Assembly (NCBI RefSeq): GCF_003073045.1
Contig: NC_037595.1
Location: 8,572,345-8,636,344 of the forward strand
DNA: 64,000 nt
Source: Pomacea canaliculata
Lineage: Eukaryota
Direction of reading: 5' to 3'
The notes beneath the pieces are model-generated. The model ran no database searches and was not told the origin of the DNA. It saw nothing but the letters and a program-made list of their open reading frames with translations. The position numbers and the translations under genes are program-made. Of the stretch, positions 22,243-35,400 are shown one piece after another (position 1 is the stretch's first letter; each line of letters opens with the position of its first letter).

Positions 22243-25200
22243 TCAGATGATGCCAGATCTGAATGTCTCGCTGGTTCCCACGTTCTCGATGTGACCCCCT
22301 CTTGCTCTCAATACTTTCTGTTCCAGAAGACTATTCCATGCTGCTTTATCTTCTAGTGTTGGAGCTCGAAAGATTATTTTCTGTGAAGCTGGAATGGTGC
22401 TGCTTGGACTTGTGTAAAGTTGTAACAGAATCTCTGTAGCTGTTAAATAATCCAAATCAGTTTTATTATTTTTTAATCACTTTAACATCAGCACATAGTA
22501 GGTCTCAAATCTTAGTGTATCTACATATATATTTGTAAACATTTAGTTACTGATTGTTAATGCTTATTTCTTCCATGGGAAGATGAAAACATAGCAAAAT
22601 ATAAAAAAATATAATGTAATTCTTGTGAAGAAATTCATCTCTTCTCCAAAAATAAAAATGGAAAATGTCTATCTTTATGTAAACTGTATTAATCATGATA
22701 AAAATTTTACAAAATACTCACAATGTTTTCTGCTTGTTTCTATGCTACATATATTTCGAGGCAGAATGGGTTCAGATATAACATGCAGCTGTCCGCCCTT
22801 TTCTGGCTTCAGCAACATAAGAATGTCTGAAAACAGCACCATCATCACCTGCAAGCAAAGACGATATGCACCTGAAGCAGATATCCAGCCAGACATGTGT
22901 CCCACAATAAAGACTACACACAAAAGATAAACACACAAAACACACAAAAGATACACACCTAACTGATAAGCACAATTTTTTCATTTGTGTACACCATAAT
23001 TTAAATATTGGGTACTAGTAAAAAAAAGACAATGTGAAGAAATGTGTTAACTAGTGTGGATCTAATATAAGCTGTAGCCTGATTGGCTATCCTAGAAAAT
23101 ACACTGATGAAACGCACCTTAGCCCACTGGCCACTGCTCCAGTGAAAAACATCTCCCTGGAAGATGATGTGTCGATCTTCTTGGCTTAGCTGAAACACCT
23201 GCAACAAAAATGTCATTATGAAATTGAAAATCAACTTAATTATTTGTATCAAGAGCACATTGTAAACAGTTTATTCCTACTAAATAATTTTTAGTTAAAA
23301 AAACGATTCCGAATAAACAGAAATAAAATTTCTTACGAGACTCTTTTGAGGAAATACAAGTCTATCTTCAAGTTGTTTCACTTCATAATCAAAGGATCAT
23401 AATCTCTGCAGAGATGATGATGGCACCAATGGCAGATTTTCTTGACTGTGTCTGCTGCCACAATTAATGCTGCCTGCAAGAAAGCAATGAACAGATCCTG
23501 GTTAACAATGCTTTTGTAAAGCATCTTTAACAGCTACAACAAAGTAGAACATAACTACAGTTATCAAGAGTGCTTATTTTCAAAAGAAAAGATTTGCAGG
23601 TCTATTGTATACATTTACTACCTGTATTTTCAAAAAGAAATTTTTTAATTTTCAATAAAAGATATTCTTTGAGAAAAAAAAAAAACTGTAGACAAAGGGA
23701 GACAACAACCCATCCACACTTTACATGTCGTGATAACTCGAACAATATGCATTATATGACTTAAAAATTGCCTTTATACCTTTAGATGAGCTGTCAGAAG
23801 AAGATGATGCCAAGCTGCCTCTTCCAGGACACCCACTTCTGCTGGAACTCTTGGTGTGGGAGGACAGTGATGTCAGGCTCTGGACCCTAGCATTGCTCAT
23901 GCTAGTGATGTTGGTGACACAGCTGTTCAAAACTGAACGCAAACAGGAAAGAAACTTTAGATAAAAATAATGAGTGAAATCTAGCAATCCTTCCAAGTGG
24001 TTCAACACAAATGGATAAAGTGGGTGGAGGGCATAAAGTTAAACACCTGATTGATCAAGTTTATAAAAATTTACATGTATGCAGTCTTAGTGACTGAAAG
24101 ACACTCGGTTTTGACATCTCAGAAAACATTATGTTTGACAGAACCCCTTGCACTTGTTTAGAATGTGAGGTGTTGCCTGGTAAGATGCATCATTTGTTCT
24201 CACCTTGAATCACCTGCTTCAGAGTAGCGTAGACTCTGTGGCGGGGTGTGAAGGAAGATGTCCTGCAGGACCACAAACAGCTCCCTGATGTGCTGCAACA
24301 TAAAAACGCAAATTCAAGACAGGGTAAACTGATAACTGTTCCAAGCATGTGTTTAGTTTTCTACTGCCTACCTCTACACTATAGCCAACAATTAAAAAAA
24401 AATCTGAATTGACAGAAACAGCAATGAAAATCCATGTTTCTGCAATGGTGCTTCCCAGCTTTAAGAATATAATTCTACATTGTAGACAAAAGCTAATATA
24501 CCTGTAAAGGCCTGAAGATAAATGCACTGATGCTAGGTTGCCCAGGCTCCAGTGCTGGTTCCTTCACAAATCGCACAAAGTCATGGTTGTGCTGTAATTC
24601 TGACAGGACTCGATTGGCTTTACGTAAACCCAAAGCATACGTTTCATGTGCTTGACAAAGCATCTGCACCTATAATTTACAAAAAAAAAAGCATGAAAAT
24701 ATTATATGATTACAATTACAGGAAGCAATCCACATACGATCTTGCTGCACTCACAGATCTTTAAAAGCCATTAGATATACATGTGATGATTTTTAGCTTT
24801 AATGGCTATATCAATCATTGTGTAATGGTGCACCAAGTCCGAGGTCGGATGCATTTAATTTTATAAAAGCAAAAGTAAAAATCTAATTTATAAATGCACG
24901 AAATAAGTCTCCCTTCTTAACTGAATCTGCTCCAACTGTTAAAAAGTAGTCAGCTACCACCAAATTATAATGGCAGCATACACTACACTCTTTGGAACCG
25001 ATGGTAAAGTGTAAAATGTTTTATGTAGGGAACAGATATAACTGACATGCTACTCACTTTAGATTGATATATCAGAGCAATTGATGTTGCGAAATGGCTA
25101 CTTCCAATCGACTAAGAATCATCGTCGGACAACGACCACAGATGGAGAGTTTTCCTGCATCTGCTTGACGTGGTACTACGAGATCGTCACAAGCTAAAAT

Positions 25201-27529
25201 AGGACAGAACACAAAACATTTCTGACTTCAGGTCTGACTTTTAATTTTCTAATTTTCCTTATCACAGTTTAAAACTTAATGGAACTGACTCAATTTCCTT
25301 TTTCATACATAATTTACACTATGCTTTGTAAATTTGTGTTCTAAATCAGTATAGTCAATTTATAGTAACACTCACTTTTTCAACATTTTGAAAGACTGCA
25401 TAGTGCTGTGTTCCTGAAAGGACACAATGTCGGAGGGGTCGGGAATACCGCTGGAGACCAGCATGCATGAAGTCGATAAAATCCAGCTCTAAGCTAAGGA
25501 GACGATGGATAGCCTCATGTTTCTTCTGCTCATCAGCTGTTTTACAGTCCATCTGGAAAGAACAAACCCCAAATATTTAGTTTGCTAAATGATAGATTTA
25601 GGTTATTTTTCAATCTGTTTCAACTCTTGTCTTTGAAAATCGTTTTTGTTTAACAATAAAAAAATAATATAATGTCTTAATAAGGGTTACATTGCTTAAC
25701 CCTAGAAAATGCTTAGCAGAAATAAAAATAAGATTTTTTTACATCTTCGCTGACGAACAACAGTATGTGGTGTTTCTCAATAGTTAAAAACTTTTTCTTA
25801 ACAAAAATGATTAACAATAGTTGTTTTAACTATAGAAGTAGACATAATCTTGTAAGCCTCCAAGACATGCAAAAACTAAACTTGTAGAATAAACTTGTAA
25901 ATATCAACTTCATTAGTCAACACAAGATAAAAGCTATATTTTACTAACATATTTGCTCTTGAAAAAGAAAAATCCATAAATAGATCCACTAGCACTAATA
26001 TTACCTTCATCAAATTTGGCAAAGGGGTGCTTGTTGGAATTTGCCCGACAGGGAAAGGAGCATAGGGTGCAGTCATGTCATAATCTGCAGACAGTTCCTC
26101 CTCCTCACAGTAATCACAGATGCCTTCAGGACAGACATGAGGGTCTTGCTGGCCAACAGCTTCCTCTGCAATGCTTTCATAGATAGAGTCCATTTTTTTC
26201 CATGGAGTCTGCTCTAAGGCATCAGTCTGAACTTGTCGAGGTCGTTGGAGCTGAAGCAGCAGGCTAGCCCCACTCTTCCTGAAGACAAGACATGGTAAAT
26301 TCATTCAGCTACTTTACTTTATTATTCATCATAATGAGATAGGATTAAATTTCATGAGATTTACCTCCAACTATTTTTTTACAATTTATACTAAACACAA
26401 CAGGATCATCTGTATGAGGAAATCATGAACATAATTACTGTTATAATTTAAACAAAGATAAACCAAATCTTAACAATAGTAAAAATAATTATGAGCAACA
26501 TTTGCTCAATCAGATGATTTTGCTACATTAGTCTCAGGATATGGATAGAGAGACAAAACAATCTAAGAAATCAAAGAACAGGCAATAAAATATTCCAATT
26601 TTTGGATGGAAGTGACAATACAGAGTCTACAGAAAAGGGTCATCTGTTATCTGGGTTGCTAACCTTTAGGTTAGGAAATCTGCATGAAACTACTGTTTTG
26701 TTAAGAAAAAAGTTGTATTAGTATAAAATAGTCTGAAAAAACTAATTTGCTAATAGAAAATGCAAATTCAAACCAGGAAATAAAATGAACACTCACTTGA
26801 CTAGTTTTGCGACACTGGCAACAGTTGACCTGGACGCATTCTGATTGTTGACCTTTACAATGAAGTCTCCAACTTTTAGGCCTGCCTTCTCGGCTGGTGA
26901 GGCTGAAAAAAAAGTGATGGTGAAATAAAGGACAAATCATTATGTATTACAAAAAAAAAAAAATAAATAAAAATTAAAAAATAAAAGAATGCTTAGCCTG
27001 AAGAAAAAAAGTGCTATCAAAACTTTACAGTATCTTTATTGGTCAATAACATAAATCATCCTCAACCTGGCTCTCGTTTTTCTTGATGTAATGTTTCATA
27101 AATTTAGTAGTAATAAATTAAACAAGTAATAAATTGAGCATATCTTTCATCACACCATAGGACATTTCATTTTCATATTGTGTATCAGTGTATATTTGTG
27201 CATCATCTCAAAGGGCCAAGATGTGGTGCTATATAAGTTTAGTTTATAATTAATAATTTATTAATATGTGCAGGATATGATTTACTTCATACTATCTCAA
27301 AGTAAACAGTAAAATCCTTATTTGTATAGTAGTGTAATGCATAAACCTATAAACAATAAAAAATATGACTTTAAAATTCTTTCTGGTAAGACTACTGTAA
27401 AGCTGGGATGAACCAATTCCTTTTTACTTAAGACTTCAGTTACATACCCAAGTCTACTCTGCCAACACGGACTGGAAACTCCTCCACAACAGAAAAGCCA
27501 AACCCATGCTTGCCTCTCGCCATTTGTAT
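22243..27529 (-). CDS. PDZ-DH-PH Dbl-family Rho guanine-nucleotide exchange factor. The gene may extend 5' of 27529. Resolved exons: 27448-27529 and 26797-26902 (PDZ), 26005-26278 (linker), 25376-25552, 24502-24663 and 24203-24291 (DH), 23118-23198 and 22722-22848 (PH), 22243-22439 (C-terminus and stop).
   Basis: PDZ: 'IQMARGKHGFGFSVVEEFPVRVGRVDLG/ASPAEKAGLKVGDFIVKVNNQNASRSTVASVAKLVK/KSGASLLLQLQRP'. DH: 'EAIHRLLSLELDFIDFMHAGLQRYSRPLRHCVLSGTQHYAVFQNVEK', '..LCQAHETYALGLRKANRVLSELQHNHDFVRFVKEPALEPGQPSISAFIFRPLQ' and 'HIRELFVVLQDIFLHTPP', matching the DH consensus (ELxxTEXXYV..L; FLIKPVQRItKYpLLLkeL). PH: 'VMMVLFSDILMLLKPEKGGQLHVISEPI' and '..IIFRAPTLEDKAAWNSLLEQKV'. Splice phases are consistent across 27529-25376. 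The region 25040-25200 and one junction near 23940 could not be resolved. Confidence 0.7.
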
Positions 27530-28018
27530 CTGAATGGTAAGAAATCATACAGAATTAACACTGATTAAGTGTGTGTGAGGGAGAGTGTGTATGTTTGTGC
27601 ATATAAATTTTAAAAAGCCTGTAGAAACTTCAAATAAGGTTACGGACTTTGTATACTTCATAGCCCCAATTTCATTTTTTTAAGGATATAGGCGCCTCGG
27701 GAAAATAGCGGTTTTGGGGTGTCGTGGTCAAATTTGAGATAACACCGTATTTGCATACTTTGACAAATGTATGTTTTGATGCTGAATAAAATAATTTTTC
27801 ACACGCGCCCTAACTAATTTTATCTCCAAGCCTCGTGCTGATACCGAAAATGGCTCTTTTTTGAGCCTTGGTTACGCATGCGACGATCCCGCGAAAGCCG
27901 ACATGTTGTATACCGTTTGAAAAACTCGCACGTGTTAAACTCTATAAGTACAGTACGTTTTACTTTAGGCTGGCCAACGACGCCGACACTTTTAATAAAC
28001 TTGAAAAAGAAGCTGAAA

Positions 28019-28085
28019 TTAGGATTAGAGTTTGGGTTAGGGTTTGTGATAAGTTTATGGTTTAGGTTAGGTTTAGGGCGTTTTG
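28019..28085 (+). repeat. Degenerate interstitial telomere-like (TTAGGG)n tract
   Basis: 'ttaggattagagtttgggttagggtttgtgataagtttatggtttaggttaggtttagggcg'. Confidence 0.5.
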
Positions 28086-28614
28086 TGTTTTGTTTTTTTG
28101 CTCTTTTCGTAGTAGATGCCTAAAGGCCTATTCCCACGCTGCAATGTTTCTTGTACAAGAACTTGCGCATAGACAGCTTTGCGCAATGCGTCCTATTCCC
28201 ACGTAGCAAGGCCACACAAGTGTCTTGCGAACTGACGTCATCCGCACACTGCATTGTGGGAAGTTAACAATATGGCAGGCTACATCGAAGACGAGATACT
28301 TTTCGAAGCAACTGTGGCGACTCTAGTATTTTACATGAAGAGGAGAGAGAGAAGAAGAAAGAAAAAAAGATGTGGGTGAGGGAGTGGGTAGCTCGAAGGA
28401 AGCCGATTCGGAGCTTATTCGTGTCTGCTTAAAGAAATATCGTCAGAAGATTCACGGGAGTGCAGACGCTTTTTGCGCATGTCGTCTGCCACATTTTATG
28501 ATCTGCTTCATTTAATCGAGCCTGCAATTCGCAGACAAGACACTGTCATGAGACAGTGCATACAAGCAGAAGAAAGACTGGCAGTGGACCCTGCGTTACC
28601 TTGGTTCAGGTATG

Positions 28615-28640
28615 CATTTTTTTTTTTTTTTTTTTTTTAC
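28615..28640 (+). repeat. Poly(T) run (~25 nt) interrupting the Harbinger relic
   Basis: Direct reading. Confidence 0.9.
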
Positions 28641-29371
28641 TGCTTGGGTTGGTGACGAGAATGTTTAGTTAAAGTTATGTACAGAAGGGTAGAAAGTGTG
28701 GAAAACTAAATGCTTATCTCAGATATAGCAGTAACAAGAACCTTAGAAGGAAGCACACTTAGCAGTAACAGTTCAAGAAATGAAATATAAGAGACGAGAA
28801 AGGATAAGCTTAAACGGGAAATGGTGGGGTGGCAATTATAGCAGTTGCTGTGAATATTCACATTTATTATACCACTTTAGTGCATTGTTTTTACAACTTG
28901 TCTTTGTGGTGGTGATCTTGATTGATCGATATAGCATTTTAATTTGGCAAAATGCTTCAGTGAATAAAATCATAAAGAAACAAAAGTGCAGAATTCATCA
29001 CTATTGATTGTTTATAGTAGTTGCTATATAATTTGTTATTGCCAAGTGTTCAGTTTTAACTGCCAAGATGTTGTGTGGGATCACACTTTTGTGAATGCAT
29101 TACAGAGGAACAGACAAGATCTGATTTTTTTTTTCAGGCAATTCATTTGCTGACCTAGCATTCCTTTTCCGGATTCCAGGCAACACCCATCCACAAAATT
29201 GTGATGGATACGTGTGCAGCATTGTACAGGATTCTTCGAGTGGATTTTTTAAAGGTACACTGCTGATAAAGCTTAGAAATATGGATGTACATCATTAGGG
29301 TCGATGAATGATTGCGGTGTTATTATATTGGAACCTCATTGTCAGTCAGATTTGTTGATAAATGTGTAATC

Positions 29372-29470
29372 AAATCAAAACAGACTTTATTGTCTGTCGA
29401 GGAGACCAGGACAGAATTTGTCTTCGCTCACAAGGCAGGCATACATACTCATACAGACCATTTAACACAC
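29372..29470 (+). repeat. Isolated copy of the ~100-bp dispersed repeat head, inserted in the Harbinger relic
   Basis: 'aatcaaatcaaaacagactttattgtctgtcgaggagaccaggacagaatttgtcttcgctcacaaggcaggcatacatac' matches the head of the array-unit module. The downstream sequence differs. Confidence 0.6.
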
Positions 29471-32400
29471 AAGTTAGAGTAAAAAAGTAGATTGCACCAG
29501 TCCATCAAAGCAGTTTATTGTTTATCCTAAACAACAAACCTTGGTGACCAAGGCCTTAAAAGCAGTGCTTTACAAAAAGAAAACGTGTTTTTCACGGGTT
29601 CTGCCCCACGACAGAAAATTTGTACATAGAGAGGTCCGTGATGCTATCCGTTTGGTTCAAGGTGAAACACAAGTCCAAAAATAGAGTCTCAGTTGCTACA
29701 GGTAACATGTCCGAGTAGCTTGCAGGACTCTGTGTGTGTCTCTTTGACACAGACATCAGGCTTAAGTAGACAATCATATTATATTATTCAATTCCAAAGT
29801 TATCAGTAAAAGTAAACAAAAATGAGTTGCCATTATAAAATGACTTCATGCTGGTATGTTGCGGAACAATACATAATGGCCTGAAGACAAGTGGGATACT
29901 TGATGTTTATTTTTCTAATGAAGTGGTATTCTGTAATTTCTTTCTAATCTCCATGCATCATTATAAATACATCCGATTGCATTTGATCTCGAATTCGTCA
30001 GGAAAGTTTTCCGTTGTACGAGCTACCATTTGGGTAAAAACAACTCATTTTCGGGTAGCCTGTCTTGGCCCGCCATTGCTTCTCCATGAACTTCTCCCTG
30101 GACGTATGCAGTTGTTCTAGAAGCTCCACAGCCCGTGAACTGGCTTGTGGTGTCTAATTTGTCTACCTTCCTCTTCTTCCTTGCACAGTTTCTGGTACCT
30201 TTGTGGTGGTGTTTGCCGTTACACACTGGTGAGTTGGGCAGCAGTTGCTTCAGCTGTTTCTCCTGAGCTGGCCCCCACAGAAGTGAGGAAGAACTCTGAT
30301 ATCTCCTGTCTCCTCTTCTGAACAAAGAGTTTTTTCTGAGGATTCCGATGGAGTTTGTTGATGCCAAACTCTGGAAATTAGATAAAATACTCATGAAAGT
30401 AAATTTCAATAAAATCTTGTTTATCTGTTGCTACATGAAATAATAGGAGCTATATAGATAGATGCACATGTAATATTATACTTAGCTAAAAGTGATGTTT
30501 GTTTTGTGTTTGCAGGTCCAAGTACTGAGCAGAATGGCAACAAATTTCACTAAGAATTTGCACAGCGATGGAATCTACCAAACTGCATTGGACCATAGAT
30601 GGCAAGCAGTTGCCATTCGGTCCCACTGGTGGGTCAACACACTATAAAATTTAAAGTATCCACAGCATCATTCTTCGGCAGTTGTAGATGCAAAAATATA
30701 GATTCTGTATTTTAACGCTGGGAGCAAATGGCAGGCAGGTGATGCTGGTGTTTTTATCAGAGACAATACTCAGCTGCTGCTCTTGAGAACAACACTTCTA
30801 ATATTCCAACACCAGTTCCTCTCCCAGGCCTGTCACTGTTACACCTGTCCCATATTTTATTGTAGGACGATGCCTTTCCCCTTAAACCATATTTACTAAA
30901 GCCATTCCCATTCAGAAGAGTCATTCAGAACCTACAAGATGCTCGAGAGAGGAGATGAGAGAGGCGACAGCGAATTTTTGACTATATATTGTCGAGAGCG
31001 AGAAGAATTGGTAGAAAACTGTTTGGCATTCTGGCGGCACGCTTTGGGTGTTTACAGAAACCAAATGGCCCATAGCCCGGAACGGCGCCACAACAGTAAA
31101 CACATAGCATGTATTGCACTCCACAACTTCTTAAGATTCTAAAGTGGACCAAGAGTTGTGTGCCACCCTGTTCATTGACAGGGAAGACACTGAAACCATA
31201 GATTAATTGAGGAGACTGGCGCCAGAATCCACATCAGCTGCAGCCCCTTAACAATGCGCAGTCAACAGTCTTCCACTGATGCCAGACTTGTGCGCGAGAA
31301 GTGAAAATTAATTACGGAATGAGGAGGGCACCGTGCCATGGCAAAGTCATATTGTATTGTTAAGATTTGAGTAAGTATATTGATTCATGATGCTTGAACG
31401 ATTTGAAATTACGAAAATGATATTAGTATTCAATGTTGCCCTTGTAGCCGATACAATCATTGGACAGCAGAACCAGGTTGAAACTATTCTTTTTCAGTGC
31501 TCACAGTCTTTAAGATCTTACGTAATCTTGATAAATCAAATGTCTTGATTTTTTGAAATGGTGTTTTATATGTGGTTAAGAAAAATGTTTATGTGGTAAT
31601 TCTTTTTTTAAAATTGTGAATGTATACAAATACTTGAGTATAGTTTTCTCCACAAGTTTGCTATTTTTACACATGCATTAGAAGATATTGCTGAAAAAAG
31701 CAGAAAGAGGGCGAGTTATAGTATTCTCAAACTTGTTATGGTAGCATTGGTGATACACTTCACCTAACCTGTTTTTCAAACTTTTTGATGCACACGGTCC
31801 AGTCAATACTTTTATATGGCTCCTCTGAAATATGGGGTCTGTGTACCAGTAATGATAGCATGGAGAAGGTTCACACCTTCAAAAAGGTTATAAACTGAAG
31901 AAACTGTATCCTACAAACCTGAAGCAGAGACTGACATAAACTGTCACCACCAAAGTGGCATAATGCTATCAGAAGCATTTCAAATATTTCCCATCAATAC
32001 ATTCAAACTCCCTAGTTATTTTAAGCAGCTTTCTGTCTGGTTGAAACACAGAGGCATAAAAAGATACCTTCATAAAATTTAGAATGTATACTGTACTAAA
32101 TGCCATTCAGCAGCGTTATTTAACTCAATCAGATGTTGAACTGCCCCTTTGCCCGACATAGTGAAACTGAACCAGCACTTTCTTCCTACATGCCCCCTAA
32201 ATTATATGGACCTTCGTAAACTTTTCATCTCGAAAAATCATTCAAGCACCCTTCCCTTTTCCATTTCAGATAATAGATTTAAAACTGCACATCTCTCCTC
32301 TTTTGTTTATAAATCATTGGAAATAAGAAAACTTTTGGACTAGACCAAAGATGATTTACTGTTAGTTGGTTATAGTGTCTTTTGACTAAAATAATTTGAT

Positions 32401-35400
32401 GAGTATAGTATTATGTTTACGCAGATTTATACAACTTTGATTGTATGGGTAAATACAATGCATATTTTTACTTGCACATGAGATTTGGCTTACTATAATA
32501 TATTACTATTGAAATATCTTTGATGGTATTGCACCCCCCCTTGAAAAAGGGCTATGGCCTATTCAAGTAAAAAGGTTCTGCATTGAAAATTAAAAAAAAT
32601 ATTTAAACTATTAAAGAATGATGGAGATGCATACTGCAGCATCTTTTATTTTTCTTGTGTGCATCTGTGTCGAGAAAAACCAATAATGCATTCTTTTGAG
32701 ATAACCATGTGTGTTCTGCATCTGTGATCGGGACAATTACGTGATGTATTTTTCACCTTAACCTTTCCCATCTTAAGAGATTACCCATTGGGACTAATAA
32801 AGTGTCCTATCATAGTTAAACAAATAATCCAAATTTTATCAAACAAGGAATATTGGTAGATATCTTAAAGCATTTAAAAAGTTTGTACTGACACTTTCGT
32901 GTTGTAAATAATGTGAAAACAATTTGACAATTAAACAACTAGAGCTGAAAATATTGCAGATGATAAAGATAATTTGAAAATAAATGTTAAGCTATCACAC
33001 AGAGGCTATTGCCAGTTGAAAATATAGTATTAGCGGTTAACTCAAAGTGCTTACCAGGTTGTCTTGACCCTTTTTGTTTTTATAAAGTCCAGAAAATTTA
33101 GCCTTTCCAAAAACGCCATGTAGGCTCTGCCACATTCAAGTGCAGGACGACCCCTACAGCGGCCCGTTGTATGCACCACAGCTGTGCAGAAAAAGACGTT
33201 CCTTAGTGAACGCATTTCTGCCTTCACATCTTTTCTGAAATTAGCAAAGCATTAGACTTTTAATATCCTAAATCTTATTAATAACAAAAGCTAATCAACC
33301 AAAAGATTATTGAAAGCTGCTCATTTATCTGTAGATGTTTTGTGAGAAGCAACCTATCATCGTTGAGAAAATTGTTTTCTTATGTTTCGTATGGCGAAAT
33401 TCTCAGGATTTCTGGTATGCATGATCATTCACTATTTATTCATATAAGCCATCACTAGCATCAGCAGCCACAACATCTGATTCACTGCATTCTTAACAGG
33501 TTTAATCACCTGAATCCTAAACAGTACAAATCATACTTTACAATGTTTTAATCACTAGATCTAAAACAGTACACAATCATCAAGCAATATAGATTAAGAA
33601 ATGTTACCAGTTATCCGTTGCCCATAGCACGCAATGTTCTGGAAGGCATTTTGCATTATACCTGTTCGTGGAGTCTGGGTCTCCAGTGTCGAACAGACAC
33701 GGATAATTTCCCATCTCGCAATCATCTTCAGCAGTTCTCTCCACACATGGCTATTGTTGATGTCGAAAAGGGAGCCTACTGTGTTCAAGAGTGAAAAGGA
33801 GCCTACTGTGTTCAACATTCCGATTGGCTACAGCGTCTACCAAATAAGGTCGTCCCTTGCTGGGAAATAGAAACGCGTTTCGTATATCTCAATCCAGGCA
33901 AGGCCTCTCTGCGTGCCGTGTGCACAACTCGACAAGCGCTTTGCGGGCTGCAAACCCGCAAAGTGCACATTGCAGCGATGAATAGGCCATTATCAACCAA
34001 GATCACTGCATCGCGGACCATCCTAAAGTAAAAGTAGTTAAATAAAGTAAAAGTTTTAAATTAACTTGAACATACTTTTTTCCCGTAATTTTTTTCTTAT
34101 GTCTGACACTGTAACAGAACAACAGTTATCTCCAAAGGAAACACAAACTGGCACAATTAATGCTCCTCAGTCAGAACATTAGTAGCTGAACAAGAATTAG
34201 TTCCCTTGTCGCAATACTATAGCGGGCAGCAAAGTGAAAATGGAAGAAAAAGAGGCAGATAATAGAATGGAAAGGAAACCCAATTCTGATTTTTCTCTTC
34301 ATAAAATAATTCACAAAATAGTGTCTTAGTGCCATTGTATGTTGCTTGCTATTTGATTTGTTTATATTAATATATGCGTCAGTGCAAGAGATTGAGATTT
34401 TTTTTTTTTTGCATTAGAATAATGCGCTTTAAATAACCTCATCTTTTTTTTCTTTTTTTTTTTGTTTAATTACGCAAAGCAAATCGAGACGTCTTTGATG
34501 GTCAGGTAAAGCGTTCTCTAGTAATTATATTATGATTAAATTACACACACTGCATGATTTGACTGCTACTATACCGTTGTTGCCGAAGTTATGCAAGGGA
34601 GGACACTCGTTTGTGTACATCGCTGATAGAGGCCATGACCCTAGCGTTTCTATGTGACGTCACAGTTGACTTATGGCTGCCAAGTGAGAAACGATTAAAC
34701 ACCATTGACATCAAAAAGTTTGCAGGTCACCGGCAGTCGATGTCATGTCAAATGAGGAATACAGAATACAGTCGAAATGACTTCATTACTGGCCGTGAAG
34801 AAACGTGGAGGATCCATGGAGGTGCACAACACGGATATTGCTAAACAGCTCAAAACTGATACATCATCATGTGTAACTCTATTAGGAACACCACAGGTAT
34901 TGTTCTGCGTGAGTTCGTGTTTTAAAAAAACAAGAAAAAGTTGCTGACATGCTTCCCAATTCCCAAAATTTTACGCTTTCGCACCATTCCATCCAACTTT
35001 GCATTAAAACGACCCAATTATAGGTGTTTCAGGCACATATAGATTTTAAACATTCTAGCTTTTATATTGTTATGACTGCCTATGCATTGTTCTGGTCCTG
35101 TCCGTTTTCGTATTCCTTACTGTCATACTCTAAAAAACTCCTAAATGAAAAATTCGTACCCTGCTTCTCGCTGGATAATCACGTTTTCAACATCAATTAG
35201 GGAAATAAAGACTAATTGTGGCCTTGAACACTATGGAAACAAGCAATTTTTAAGCCATATAGAGAAACCTTGATGCACTTACATCTTTAGATATTTTATT
35301 TGTAATTTATAATAACTGAACATAATGATAATTTGCATGTTAATCTGATAATAGCTTATTTCTGACTTGTTACGGCAATTAATTAAACCTTTATATATCT

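Larger units (their letters stand above)
28380..31145 (+). mobile_element. Degraded PIF/Harbinger-family DNA-transposon relic: transposase N-terminal HTH at 28440-28615 and 29180-29257, DDE core and C-terminus at 30500-31145. It is interrupted by poly(T) at 28615-28640 and by other insertions.
   Basis: Plus-strand translations: 'RRFLRMSSATFYDLLHLIEPAIRRQDTVMRQCIQAEERLAV', then in a +1 frame 'TLRYLGSG'. 'GNSFADLAFLFRI' with a frame switch to 'PIHKIVMDTCAALYRILRVDFLK'. 'VVDAKI*ILYFNAGSKWQAGDAGVFIRDNTQ' (DDE region). 'GDDAFPLKPYLLKPFPF' and the C-terminus 'NCLAFWRHALGVYRN...KHIACIALHNFLR'. These are Harbinger/HARBI1-like motifs recalled from memory. There are multiple frameshifts and stops. Confidence 0.6.

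Noticed and set aside
25376-25552. Internal 'cctttcag|GAACACAGC' acceptor-like site inside the DH exon
   Set aside because: The ORF is continuous through it and the upstream sequence (EAIHRLLSLELDFIDFMHAGLQRY) is clearly DH-domain coding. The pyrimidine run is codon-driven (VLS).
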